Assembly (NCBI RefSeq): GCF_009914755.1
Contig: NC_060926.1
Length of the DNA stretch: 64,000 nucleotides
Origin: the human T2T-CHM13v2.0 reference genome, Homo sapiens
Strand: one strand, 5' to 3'
A program made the translations under genes and the position numbers. Position 1 is the stretch's first letter. The number at the start of each line of letters is the position of its first letter. The notes beneath the pieces are model-generated. The model had not been told where the DNA came from. It worked only from the letters and a program-made list of their open reading frames with translations, and ran no database searches. This document shows, in pieces, positions 43,121-55,972 of the stretch.

Positions 43121-44467
43121 TAATATCTCCACAAAACCTAAGGACCCAATGCCTTTCAGCCTTATCTCAAATGGCATTATTTGATTTAGGAGCCAGTGAG
43201 CATATAAATATGAAAAATACCACAAAGCTAGCATGTCTTGTTCATAAAGCCATAGAAACTAGAGAGCAAACTTCTCATGTTATACTTATGGAAAACCCAG
43301 AAATATTAGTTATGTGGGTTGTCCAACACTCCGAAGGTGCCCGGGAGGACAAGCAAGATGGGAGCTCAATTTCCTTGATACTAAACCCGTTGTTTTTCCC
43401 ATGAAGTAACTGGCCTCTCTAGAGACCTCACCATCACCACAATCATCTTTCAGGTTTACAGTGAGCTACCTAGTCAGGCTTGAACTTTCATTTGGTTCCA
43501 CATTTAAAAATAATGTTTTACATCCCTCTAAAGCAACCACCTCTTCTGAAATAACAGAAAAAGAGAAAGGATTTGCAGACCATTCTTTAGAGACCATAAA
43601 TTTCCACTGAAGTATTAACACAATCTATTAGGTCATATTATAGTCAATTGTGCAGAAGAAGAAAACCTATTCAACAACATTATTTAATGGCATTTTGATG
43701 TGCTATTTGCTAGACACAATGATGAATGCAAGGATTGAGCAATAAAGTGGTATGGAAAGCAAACAGCTCTCCTGTGAGGTTTACTTCCCAGGTGTAAATG
43801 AGCTCAGTGCTCACAAATGATTTGCCTTGACATTGGAATCCAACTGGAGTCTGGAATTACTGTAACTGTTTTCGGCTTGGGTGATTTAATCAGCAAATCT
43901 TCAATAGTGTACTATGCATGTACTGAACTGATTCCAGACTGCGCAGCCTGATTTATACACACTACTTGCAGACAACCATTTGTGGGAGGCTCACTAGCAA
44001 CTGTTCGCCTGCCTCTTTATAAGGCAGATGCCCGTGGTAATGTGTCAGAACAATTGAAGTCTATGCTTTATATCTGTAAACCCAAACAAAGAGACATACA
44101 AGGAGTTGCTTCGAGGGACAGGATTTTTGTTGGTGGTGGTGTTTTATGAGTTTTAAATAAATCTAAAATCATTCATTCACTTATTTAACAAATATTTCTG
44201 TGCACTTACTCTATGATCAAGCATTGTGATAGGCCCACAGAAGTAAGGGCAGAAGGCAGAGAAAATGAGAGGGAGTTAAGAAGTGGCTCCTCCAAGCATA
44301 GAATAAAAGTGTCAGGTCATATCAATCAGTTGAACACAATCCAAAAAAGAGAAGCCTCAAAACATTAGGACCCCTGATCACCACTGGAATGTGGGTTTCT
44401 CACATCTGTGTGGTGGTAGGAGGCATTCAAAATATTCACGGAGATTTATTTTTCTCTGGTCACTGTG

Positions 44468-44574
44468 TTTTTTGTTTTTTAATTTTATTTTACTTTAAAC
44501 TCTGGGATACATGTGCAGAATGTGCAGGTTTGTTACACAGGGATACATGTGCCATGGTGGTTTGCTGCACCTAT
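44468..44574 (-). mobile_element. Very short L1PA7/8-like 3' end
   Basis: tactttaaactctgggatacatgtgcagaatgtgcaggtttgttacac...ggtttgctgcaccta. Confidence 0.8.
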
Positions 44575-45416
44575 GAGGGTTGCTGTATTTTATACTCACT
44601 GCTCCCAACCCTGCTTTTCATGCTATTTGGTAGATGAAATGCCCCACTCCCAGCCTCCTAGAAGAGATATATCAGGGTCCACAAAAGGACACAGCCTGTC
44701 AGGCCCCTTCTGGCTTTGAGTTCTGAGGTCCTAATGCCCTAGAGAAACATAGGAGACAGGAGACAAAATGTTTCAGGAAACGGGGTTTGACAAGAGTGGC
44801 TTTCTCTTTTCTCCTGATCATGCTACATGCCCACTGTTAGGAAGATTCTCTAAGGTTTAGAAAGGGAAGAGAAAAGGTGGGAGTGGAGTTATGGACAGTG
44901 GAAGATCCTGTGCCTCGATTTCTAGCAGAAACCCCGCAGATGCACCAAAGCCAAGACAGGGATTAACTCGAAATTGGATCGCAGGAGACGGGGCTTTGGA
45001 CAGCGTTAACAAGATGTTCGTGCTTTGGTGTTGCACAGAGAGGCAGGAAGATCCCACTTGTGTGGCACCAGGTATAGGAGAGAGTGACCATCCCTGGGGG
45101 CATAAGGGGAAACACAGAGGCAATCGCTGGTGGCTGACAGCAGGACTGAGTGTAATCATGATGGTCTCAGCGGACATGACTTGTCAGCTTAAGTGACTTC
45201 AGGACTGGATACATCTTCCCCCAATGTCTTACAACATTTGCCCATAGACCCAGCCATAGGGAAAAAGAGGATCCTAAATATCTGAGATTAAATTTATGCC
45301 AGCTTAGTTAAATGGAAAACTCAAAACAAAAATTACCTTGAATTATGGAAAAGCAAGAAGAAATTTGTATTTCTTGGAGCATCTCTGTTATGGAGTGAGA
45401 CAAAAAGCTATTACAC
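44575..45416 (+). mobile_element. MamGypLTR-like ancient LTR
   Basis: 3' end tgagattaaattt...gtatttcttggagcatctctgttatggagtgagac...attaca resembles the MamGypLTR terminus as remembered. Confidence 0.5.
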
Positions 45417-45880
45417 CTGACGGGTAAGTTTTAGGGAACTCCAAAAAATTAAAGTTTCAAGTCTTTTTTCCATCCCAAAATTGAAGAAAAAAAAAGATAT
45501 CGTTAAAAAAAAATCCCTTCTGTAAAAAAATTTTGAGAAGTATCCTCCCTATCCCTTTAAACAGCTCAAAAAAAGGAAAACAGCAGTGGAAACAATTTCA
45601 GATAGAATCAGAGTTTTGGAAGAGGATGTCATCCTGAAAAGTGCTTGGCTTTGCAGACTCCTATCGATGGAACCAGCCCCGGGCCTTTCCCTGACCAGCT
45701 GCCCACATAACCCACTGCAGGTGGCTGTGTCCTCACTGTGATGCAGCTGGGCAGTGAGCTTTGCCCTGAAAAGGTCCTATGTGGACCCAGACCCCCTCCA
45801 CGTGCTCCACCCACTCCTCTGAGGACACCTGTGGGCAGAGGCTCACAGGAGTCAGGGGCCTCTCTCTGTACAGGAACTCC

Positions 45881-46256
45881 AGCATCACTCAGGATTCTTA
45901 CATTACAGAAACAGAACCAGCGGGCTAATAGAGACAGACACGGTGGGGGAACTTATTTTTAAAGGAATTGGCTCACATGACTGTGGGGTCAGCCAGTCTG
46001 AAAAGTACAGGGCAGGCTGGAGACCCAGGGAAGAGCTGTTACCATCAAGGGCACCTGAAGGCAGAGTCCCCTCTTCTCCAGGGACCTCAGTCTTTTCCTT
46101 TCAATGCCTTCAAATGATGGGAGGCTCATCTGCTTTACCCAGAGTCCACTGATTTAAATGTTAATTACATCTGAAAAATGCCTTCCCAGCCACATTTAGT
46201 CTGGTGTTTGACCAAACATCTAGAAACCATGGCCTAGCCAAGTTGAAGCCATGCAA
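45881..46256 (-). mobile_element. MLT2D-type LTR
   Basis: aggaattggctcacatgactgtgggg...gtccactgatttaaatgttaat...gtgtttgaccaaac...gcctagccaagttga. Confidence 0.8.
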
Positions 46257-46833
46257 TGAGGCACCGTGGCGTGGAGACAGAGCTGGAGCCCCTGCTGCTG
46301 CTCTTTGTCACAGCCACAGCAACACTCACTATCCCCATGCTCTACTTCCTCTCTAGACCCTCCTCCCCCTGCTCAGCCCTGCCTGCTGGCCTCAGTGACT
46401 CACCTCCCTCCTCACACCCTCATCAGCCTCCAGCCACACCCCTTCTCAGACCAGGGTTACTCTCTGTCCGCAGTTAGGATCCCATTTAGCGAGGGAGCAT
46501 CATGGGGTGCCCAGGTAGATCCCTAGGAGTACAAGGGTCTCCTTCTGTCCCCACCCTAAAGCCCTGTGAGCCACATTTGCAAGAGACCCTTCAACCAACA
46601 GCCCTGGCCTACGGAGGAGAGAGTCCCCCCACACTTGCAGCAATGCTAGTGCCACTCGCTCCTGGAAACTGATGGTCCTGGGCCTTCCCATGGAGCAGAA
46701 GGATGCACAACCTTCCTGCCATGCAGTCCAGTGTCGTGCTCCCAAAGATTAATTCTAAATGACAGTAATGGTGGTAGTGGTCATAATGATGATAATGGGG
46801 GTGATGAAGAATAAAGAAATTAGTTCCCATTCA

Positions 46834-47425
<592 letters not shown>

Positions 47426-48678
47426 TCAGGTATATTTGTTTGCTTCCAAAATTCAAGAATTAACTAGAATAAGCATACTGAGGCCTGACACAGATGTAAG
47501 GCCATACACAGGCCTTACTTTCCACTTTGAAGGAAAGTACGTTATTTTCATTAAAGCCAGTTTGTCAGATAACCTCAGGTATGTGAAATTTAACTCCAGT
47601 TTACTCACCAAAAAAGAGACGTCAAGTAAATGCAATAGGAACAATATAAAATGACTGTGACCTCTTTCTGGAAGATCACATGTTAACGTGTAGACAATTT
47701 TATCCAACAACTTTGATATTCTTTAAACCTAAATGTTTCTTTATGAAGAGAGCCTTGACACAGACCTGGAGCTATCTGGGGAGCCCACAGAACCCTCAAG
47801 AGCTGACAACAGTCAACATAAGCTACGCAATGATGTTGTCATAAAACCCGTGGTAAATTTTGATAGCAATGATAAAAGATTATTCCAAATCTTCTACCCT
47901 TACGTAGTAATTAGTATTAAAGGGTTTCCTAGGTTGGTAGGTTTTTTCTGTGGTAGATTTAATTTACAGATGGTTTGCTAAAACGAAAAGCAGACATACA
48001 TTGAAAATCTATAAATGCATTTGTATGTAATGAATTGAAGCTGCTCCTAATTAGTAAAGGAAGAAAAACGCAGAAGGCGGAAGGATTTCTTTGGCCTTGG
48101 ACAAAAGCATCTGAATCCATTTTACTTCCTTTAATATGCATGTGCCATGCTTTCAGAGCTCTTTGCAAGGGTTGATATCAGAGCTGTGGATTGGAGGTTC
48201 TGCACCTCCCCGGGATTATACCTGTTTGTGTCCTTGACAGCTACTGGAAAATCATACAGTCCTGCAAATCCCATGAAAGAGGAATTTAAACACGTGTGCT
48301 ATTAGGAGCAGCCGTTTTGTTAGAACACCACCAAGAAAATCTTTTTTTTTCTTCCTGTGTCCCCATTTACAAAGAGGCAAATGATTAAATTTGCTTCACC
48401 GAATTAAACTTATCCAGCTTCCTGCTGGGTGCCGGGGAGCGTTTCTGGAATACCACCTGCAGGGCAGCTGCTCTTTTCTACATGGCCTGAATATCACTAA
48501 ATGGCATCAGACTCCTGACATGCTGTTGGAAATTGTGGCTTGCCACAGGGCTACTCTGGGTTGTGGGGAAACGGCAAAGGCATAACAGCCACTTTCTGGG
48601 CCGACACAAACACCCCCAGTGGTTTGGTAGAAAAGCCAGTGAGGAATCCAGTGAAAAACCTGCCATGAGGATGACTTT

Positions 48679-48812
48679 GAAAGGAAAGAAAGAGAGAGGG
48701 AGGGAGAGAAAGAGGGAGGAAAGAAGAGAGAGAGGTGAGAGAAGGAAGAAAGGAAGAAGGAAAGGAGGGAAAAGGGCGGGGAAAAGGGAGGAAGGGAGGG
48801 ACGGAGGGAAGG
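48679..48812. repeat. GA-rich low-complexity tract
   Basis: Read directly. Confidence 0.85.
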
Positions 48813-48891
48813 ATGAGAAATCGACCCATTCTTCTCTTGCTCTGAAGGTCACATGAAGTGGTAGTCCCTATTTATATGTGAATATACCTGA

Positions 48892-49203
<312 letters not shown>

Positions 49204-50229
49204 TTGATTTCATCTTATGGTAATACTTCGAGATGCCATCAAAGTATCCAACGAGTGGAAAATGTGTTGTAAATATCCCATTTGTGTTTATCTTCATTCA
49301 ATATTCAGCTCCCCTAGGAGTCCTGTGTGTATTTCAGCATCCCAGCCTCACTGGCGATCTATGCGTATGTTTCTATGGGAACAGAGGCCTTGGTTTTAAG
49401 TCCAACACAAATCTCTGGCATGATGGTGGGCCATGAGCTCCCTGCCCACAGGATGCTGTGATTTTAGTTTAGCATAATGCTGACCATACACACTTACAGC
49501 CGAGAGTATGGAAGAAGACCACACATCAGAATCTCACAGAATCTCATAACATGTTACAATTATCCATTTGCTATCTCATAATCTCAGTTAATGAAGATCC
49601 TTGTTAGTAAGACCTTCAATTTACCAGGGGGAGAAATGGCTGCACTTGAATTGCAATAGAACAGAAGGGCTATAAATAAGCAAGTGCATGCTAGGACGTG
49701 GTAAGAAAAAAAAACAGCAAACCGATCTAAGGCAAGAAAACCACCAAGGTTCTCAGTACTAACGACTGCATTCACCCTAAAATAGTCGACAGTGTGATTG
49801 ATGGTCAAAATTCCATACCCTTAGGATATTAAAATGCACTCAATCATTAAGAACAGAAAAATGTGTACTTACATTCACTGTGCTATAATTATCAGCAAAA
49901 TACACTAAATAGGTAATACCTAAAATGTATGTAATAAGAGGATTGTTCAGGTCCTGCTAATTTTTAGTTTTATTAACATTTATATTTCATTCATTGTGGC
50001 AGTCACAAAACCATATTCCATAAATGTGAAATGATCAAGGGGTGAGAGGGTAATTGCACCAGGAACTGATGCAGGAAAACCAGGGCACAGTCATTACTGT
50101 CCATGAATTTACTTTAGACCAGGAGACAAATTTAAATATTTACTGATATTTGACAACATGACTCCTTTGATTTTGTAAAATATTAAGTGCAGATGATTCT
50201 TACCTAGTACTGAATAAAGAGCACCCAGG

Positions 50230-50580
50230 GGCCTCCTTAAATTGAAAATAATACTCTTTCCACCTTCCCCATCTGTTGAAATCCTACTCATCATTCAAAG
50301 CCAAGATCAAATATCATTTGCTTTTTGAAGCTTTTCTTGGCCTCCTAGTCAGCACGAATCACTGCCTTCCTTGTCTTCCCCAGCAGGTTGTTACGAACCT
50401 TCCTATGCAAACACTCCCACCATAGGACAGATACACTTAGCCATCTGCATCCCGACTCTCCTAGATTGTGAAATCCTTGCAGATGAGAACCAAACTTTTT
50501 GAAAATGCTGCTCTTCCTTCATCTACTAGACAGCATCCTGAATTTGGTAGATATTCAATAAACTTTTGTTAAAATGAGTT
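50230..50580 (+). mobile_element. L2 3' fragment
   Basis: gaaatcctactcatcattcaaagcc...ctagattgtgaaatccttgcagatgagaacc...tattcaataaacttttgttaaaatga. Confidence 0.7.
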
Positions 50581-50584
50581 TTCA

Positions 50585-50790
50585 TATGGGCTCTGGAGCC
50601 AGGAAAATTTGAAATTGAGTCAGGCTTTACCACATGTTAGCTGTGTGACATTAGTAAAGTGACTCAACTCCTCTGAGTCTTAGTTTCCTTATCATTAAAG
50701 TAGAATTTCTAATCCTGACTCTATTAGGTTACCACGAGGACTAAGGGAGGTAAATGAAAAAAACCTCATATGTATTAGGCTTAAGAACTT
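50585..50790 (+). mobile_element. MIR
   Basis: tagctgtgtgacattagtaaagtgactcaactcctctgagtcttagtttccttatc. Confidence 0.75.
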
Positions 50791-50910
50791 CTTCCTTTTC
50801 CTTTCTCTTTACTTTTGTCTCAAGGTGGTACAGTTTAGGAAGATCTCCATGTCCATTGACACCTGCTACCATAAAGAAATCAACAGGTTCATCTTCTGAA
50901 GGAATTGCAG

Positions 50911-51301
50911 TCTCTTTCTCTCTTTCTTTCTCTTTCCCTCCCTCCCTCCCTCCCTTCCTTCCTTCCTTCCTTCCTTCCTTCCTTCCTTCCTTTCTTTGAC
51001 AGGGTCTCACTCTCTTCCCCAGGCTAGAGTGCAGTGGTGTAATCACAATCCCAGCTGACTGCAGCCTCAATCTCGTGAGTTCAAGCAATCTTTCCACCTC
51101 AGCCTCCTGAGTAGCTGCGACTACAAGCATCCACACCACCACACAGGGATAATTTCTTTCTTTCTTTTTTTTTTTTTTTTTGGTAGAAACAGGGTTTCGC
51201 TATGTTACCCAGGTCAATCTCAGACTTCTGGGCTCAAGCAATATGCTCACCTCAGTTTCTCAAAGTGCTAAGATTATAGGTGTGAGCCACTGCACCTGGA
51301 C
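50911..51301 (-). mobile_element. AluJ with (TTCC)n/(CCCT)n tail
   Basis: gactgcagcctcaatctc; ttctgggctcaagcaat. Confidence 0.88.
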
Positions 51302-52329
51302 TGTTTTTGTTTGTTTGTTTGTTTGTTAATGGAAGTTTTTCTTTTATATAAAGTCAGGGAAGTTGAAAAGAGTTTACATTACCATAAAAGAAATTTCTCG
51401 GCCAGTTTTAAGGAATCACTCTTCTTCCATGGCCTCTACGATTCTCACCTATGACAAAATATAGAGACAGGCGCAGCCTATCTCAAGAATATTGGACTTC
51501 ACAGTAGAGGCACAGTGGTCTAAAACAAACATCTAAATAGTCCTGATTGTAACAAAAAGGGAAGACTGGATGGGCAAGTGAGGTTTGAAAGGTGATTTCT
51601 GTTCACACTGAGTTGTGAGGCTTTCTCTGCTCTCCACTGACCCAGCAGATTTACCCAGAATCACCAATATAATAACTCTGCATTTCTGTTCCTTTCTAGA
51701 GAATTCAACCTAAACGCTCTGCTTATGTAAAAATAGTGCGAGGTACACCCTCCACCAAGGAGTCCCTATAACTTTCGTTCCTCAGACATGGTTCAAACCA
51801 GACCACGGGGGAGCAGCACCCTACATGCCACTGCGTTGACCTCTTGGATTTCCGTTTCACTGTTGTGCAAGATAATTATGCCATGGACTCACTCACACTG
51901 AAATATTAGGAGAAACAGAGGCACTTGACCTTGGATTTACTTTTTCGAACTAGCATGGCAGCTGCTCTTAGCAAAAGTGTTTTCTCATTAACAGATTTCC
52001 CAGGGAAAACAATTCTCCCATGTCAGTAGCAAGAATCACTCTTCTGCAGGAGCACCGGTTTATTTGATGTTCTGGTTGCCGGGCATCGAGGAGAAGGTAG
52101 TGCCCCCCCTTTTCTGCTCTGGCTTCTGGCTAATGCTGAGCCACAGGTTTGGCCTCCTGCTAATCCGGGGACTCAGAGAACACGTTTTAGGGACCACACT
52201 TAACGATTGTTATATGGTCTTCTTCTAACCTTATTTTTTCTTTGTCCAGAATTTCTCGCTTTTTAATTTTCATCTATTATTAATTCCACTTTGATGATAC
52301 GGAAACGTATCTTTTCCTTTAGCCACCAG

Positions 52330-53410
52330 TGTTTAGGTGGAGCGCCCGCCGGCAGGCTCGGGGCTCAGCTGGGAGGGCAGCTCTGGAAGCGTCCTGGAAA
52401 GGAAGGCCCAGTTCTTCTGGGGCCTGGGTTGGATTGTGTCCTCAGTTGTGGGGACGGTGGGAATCTAGGAAACGTGTTGGAGCAGGGCAATGACTCCCGG
52501 GAGATCTTTGGTTTCAGGAAGGGTGGCTTGGGGTGCTCCTCAGTAGTGAACACGCACAGGAGGCCCCGGAGAGCGGTGGGACGCACCTCCTGATTGAGCG
52601 GGTGAGAGCGAGGCCAGGGCCTCTGCATTTCTGGGAAGCTGCCAGATGGTGTCAACGCTGCAGGGGGCCGAATCCTATCTGAATAGCAAGGGCGCAGCCT
52701 GAGTGAGGAAGAGACTAGCGGCAAACAGATTGGACAGAAGCGGCTTCAGGACACGGGGCAGTCACAGCTTGATCAGCCGCCCCTGTAACCGGGTGGGGCA
52801 TCCCCGCCCTCCGCTGCCCTGGAAGGAGCCCTCGGCTGGGTCAGGGCCGCGGGAGCCCTGGCCAGGAGCCACCTCCGCCAGGCGCGGCCGCTCCCGGGGG
52901 CTCCTCCTGCGTCCCCAGCGCCCACGCCCCGCCCCACCTGGCTCCGCTGCACCCGCAGCCACAGCGCCCGCCCTGGACACCTGCCCCTCCACGGCCGCGC
53001 GGGCGGAGGATGGCACTGCAGGTGGCGAGGCTGCTGCACTGGGCTTCCGAGGAGGTCTGGGGGAGGAGGCAGCTGGCAGAAGGAAAGCCAGACGGCGGCG
53101 GCAGCAGCTTAATAAGGGGGGTCTCCAGAGAACTGTGGTCCAGGCAGGTGGCTGGGAGCCCGGTGAGCCCTTTCAGAGAAGGGGGAGCGCTGCTGTCTCA
53201 AAGAGCAGCTGAGCCAAAAACAGAGGGGCCGGGGGTGGGGGACAGAGGGGTCATCACTGCCTGGACAGAGCTGCGTCCTGCGCAGGACCGGCAGCCCGAG
53301 GCGGAGACGAAGGGGGCCCGCAGGGACTCCTGGCCTTGCGTCTTGGGAGAGCGCACGCTGGCCTGCGCTACACACACACACTTCACAGTTGCGCTGAAAC
53401 AGAGTCGGGT
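52330..53410. promoter_or_regulatory. CpG island, candidate promoter/enhancer
   Basis: Dense non-Alu CpGs, NotI site 52884-52891, SP/KLF GC box cacgccccgcccc 52923-52935. Confidence 0.8.
52530..52691. mobile_element. MER5B-like MITE inside the CpG island
   Basis: cctgattgagcgggtgagagcgaggccagggcctctgcatttctgggaagctgccagatggtgtcaacgctgc...tgaatagcaagg parallels MER5A1/MER5B. Confidence 0.55.
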
Positions 53411-53563
53411 TTTCTGTACAGGAGATAAAATGACGGTAGTGTGTGTGTTTTTTGAAAGAGCTGTTAAAAAGCTAAGTTCTTCTCATTTCAGTGAGAGTTC
53501 CCCCTTGGATTGTTTGTGCGTGTATTCAATTCAGCCGCTGAAATCCCTGTGATTTTTAAAGCC

Positions 53564-53605
53564 CATTCCTTCCAAAATGAGTCATCCTGAATGACATGTG
53601 GAATA
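53564..53605. promoter_or_regulatory. AP-1 plus TEAD motif cluster
   Basis: ATGAGTCAT 53577-53585; CATTCCT 53564-53570; weaker TGAATG and GGAATA. Motif match only. Confidence 0.4.
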
Positions 53606-53652
53606 CTTAGCATAAAGATCTATACTTGAGTAGTAACTTACAGTAGTAGATC

Positions 53653-53966
53653 CTTTCTTTCCTTCCTTCCTTCCCTTCCTTCCTTCTTTCTCTTTCTTTC
53701 TCTTTTTTCTTTTTTCTTTCTTTCTTTTTTTCCCTTTCTTTCTTCCTTTCTCTCCCTTTCTTTCTTTGTTTGCCTTTCTTTCTTTCAAAAATTTGTTACT
53801 AATGTTCTTTCCATTCCTTTTCTGCTTCTCTGTCTTTTTCTTTCTTTCTTGTGTGAAAGGCATAGAGGCAACTAGCTAAGACAGTGAAATTCAAATCTCT
53901 ATTCTTTCTTTCTCTTCTTTCTTTCTTCCTTCCTTTCTTCCTTTTTTTCTTCCCTTCTTTCTTTCT
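53653..53966. repeat. Two CT-rich polypyrimidine tracts
   Basis: Degenerate (TTCC)/(TTTC) arrays at ~53653-53850 and ~53900-53966. Confidence 0.85.
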
Positions 53967-54642
53967 CAACTATTGTCCAAACATTAAATGCCAGTTATGT
54001 ATCCCATGGAGATCTCCCTTGAGATTTAACCTCAACAGCTACTCTCATTTTCCATGAGCTGTTGGGTCATGCAACCCTAGTTGAAGGACTGCATGAGTCT
54101 CATTCCTAGGAAATAATTCCCTGGGATTTACTGTTACATGAACACCAACACATTGGTAAGTATTAATTCTTTAACGTTTCTATTTAAAGAAAACATTACT
54201 CAAATGCCAGAAAAGGTTTAGTTGTATTGATTTGGATTGGAGAGCTGGTGAAAACATTGAGATTCCTCTGGACATGCATGTAGTATATGGCTGTGGGACT
54301 AGGACAGATTAATGACACTGCAAAAAAGCAAATGTCTGCCAAACTTGGAATTGGAATGTGGATACACCAAACGTGGGAAAATAAGTGTAACAGTCCTGGA
54401 CACAGCGTCTATCTGGTAGTTTAAATGATCTGCAAAATGGTACTCACTTTCCCAGGCCTCACCCCCACCTAATCCTACTCCAATCTATCCTACCTCAGGA
54501 AATCTTTAATTTGGGATAACTCTACTGAATCCTACATAGACATTACTGTTAAAAACATCAAGAAAGAGCAAAAAATCTCCCCATGATGCTTGCCACTGTA
54601 TCAAAAGGAAACAAACTAATTGACTTACTTATGCAAAAGCTG

Positions 54643-54886
54643 GCCTGGGGAGGATCTCTTGAGCCCAGGAGTTCAAGACCAGCCTGCATAAAATGGCAAG
54701 AGCCTATCTCTACAAATATATATATATATATGAGCTTGGCGTGGTGCCATACACCTGTGGTCCCAACTACATAGGAGGCTGAGGCAGTAGGATTGCTTGA
54801 GTCCAGGAGGTCAAAGCTGCAAGTGGGGTGTGTCCGTGCCACCACACTCCAGCCTAAGTGACAGAGTGACACTCTCTCTCAAAAAA
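54643..54886 (+). mobile_element. AluJ, 5'-truncated, with (TA)n linker
   Basis: ggatctcttgagcccaggagttcaagacc; ggtcaaagctgca. Confidence 0.85.
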
Positions 54887-55129
54887 GGAGCCTGGGGGAG
54901 TGTGGGGCAGCACTGATAGACTCAAATTCATTAACATGCACTGAGAAATTCATCCTACTTTTTAAAAGCATATGTATAGGTATGGAATTTGTACACAAAC
55001 ATTTCCCAATCTGGATCTTAAACCCTCTTGTTGCCCATTTAAAAACACGCAGACACATGCATGTACTTAAGCATAAATGAGGGTCTTTTGAAAATTAAGG
55101 AACAAATAGTACTTCCTTGCATTTTCTAG

Positions 55130-55280
55130 ATTATGCTGTACTTTACAACACTCTTACAAGCAGTTTTCACCTAGGCCTTTATGCAAATCTAGAGAAAGAC
55201 AATGAAGATTTTATCACTCCAGTTTTATAGATAAAGAGTCTCAAAGCAATTATATCACCTTCACAAGGTGAACTGCCATA
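55130..55280 (-). mobile_element. MIR
   Basis: ccagttttatagataaagag...cacaaggtga. Confidence 0.5.
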
Positions 55281-55439
55281 AAAAATAATGACATGATTGG
55301 AATGCTACTTTGTTTCGGGTGCACTTTTGTCACTTCATGATTCTTGGACACAGGCTGTCAGAAAAAAACATTAAGGACAAATAGTGCCTGGAGTCGAGCT
55401 GAGGTTTTTTTTTTTTCTTTGAGGAAGAAAAGGGAGCTG

Positions 55440-55560
55440 TGTAGGTGCAGTGGAGCATGCCCGTAGCCCAGCTACTCCAGAGGCTGAGGCTGGAGCTTAA
55501 GCTCAGGAGTTTGAGGTCAGCCTGGGCAACATAGTAAGACCCCATCTCTAGAGAAACAAT
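55440..55560 (+). mobile_element. FLAM_A-like monomer
   Basis: gcatgcccgtagcccagctactcc...gagtttgaggtcagcctgggcaacatagtaagacccc. Confidence 0.8.
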
Positions 55561-55699
55561 TTTTTTAAAGAAAACAAAAAAGTGGGAAAGTAAAAAATAT
55601 CAAGTACGTTTCCTTTCAAAATGAGCATATCTGCTTTGTGGAAAATACTGGAAAGTAATTCTTAAATGAAGTTATTCTCTAAAATATCCTATAGTGTTT

Positions 55700-55972
55700 C
55701 TTTTTAATTGCTATATTCATGTTTAACATGTTCTATGTGTGTATGTGTTTCACCCAACAGAATTATGAGTTCTGTGAGGCATGAATTCTGAGTTTTCCCC
55801 TCTATGTCCTCAACACTGAAACCAATGTCTGTCACATAATACATGACTCTACATGTGGGTTGAACTGAAGTAGAAACCATGTTTTTTCATTAATTTTCTG
55901 AACATGGTGGCTGGGACAGAACACACATTTAATAAGCATTTATTTAACAAATAAATAAGTGAATGAATGATT
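55700..55972 (+). mobile_element. L2 3' end fragments
   Basis: gaattatgagttctgtgaggcatg...aataaataagtgaatgaatga. Confidence 0.6.

Noticed and set aside
53010-53552. Assigning a gene symbol to the MALQ ORF or the CpG island
   Set aside because: I do not recognise the protein or locus; any name would be a guess
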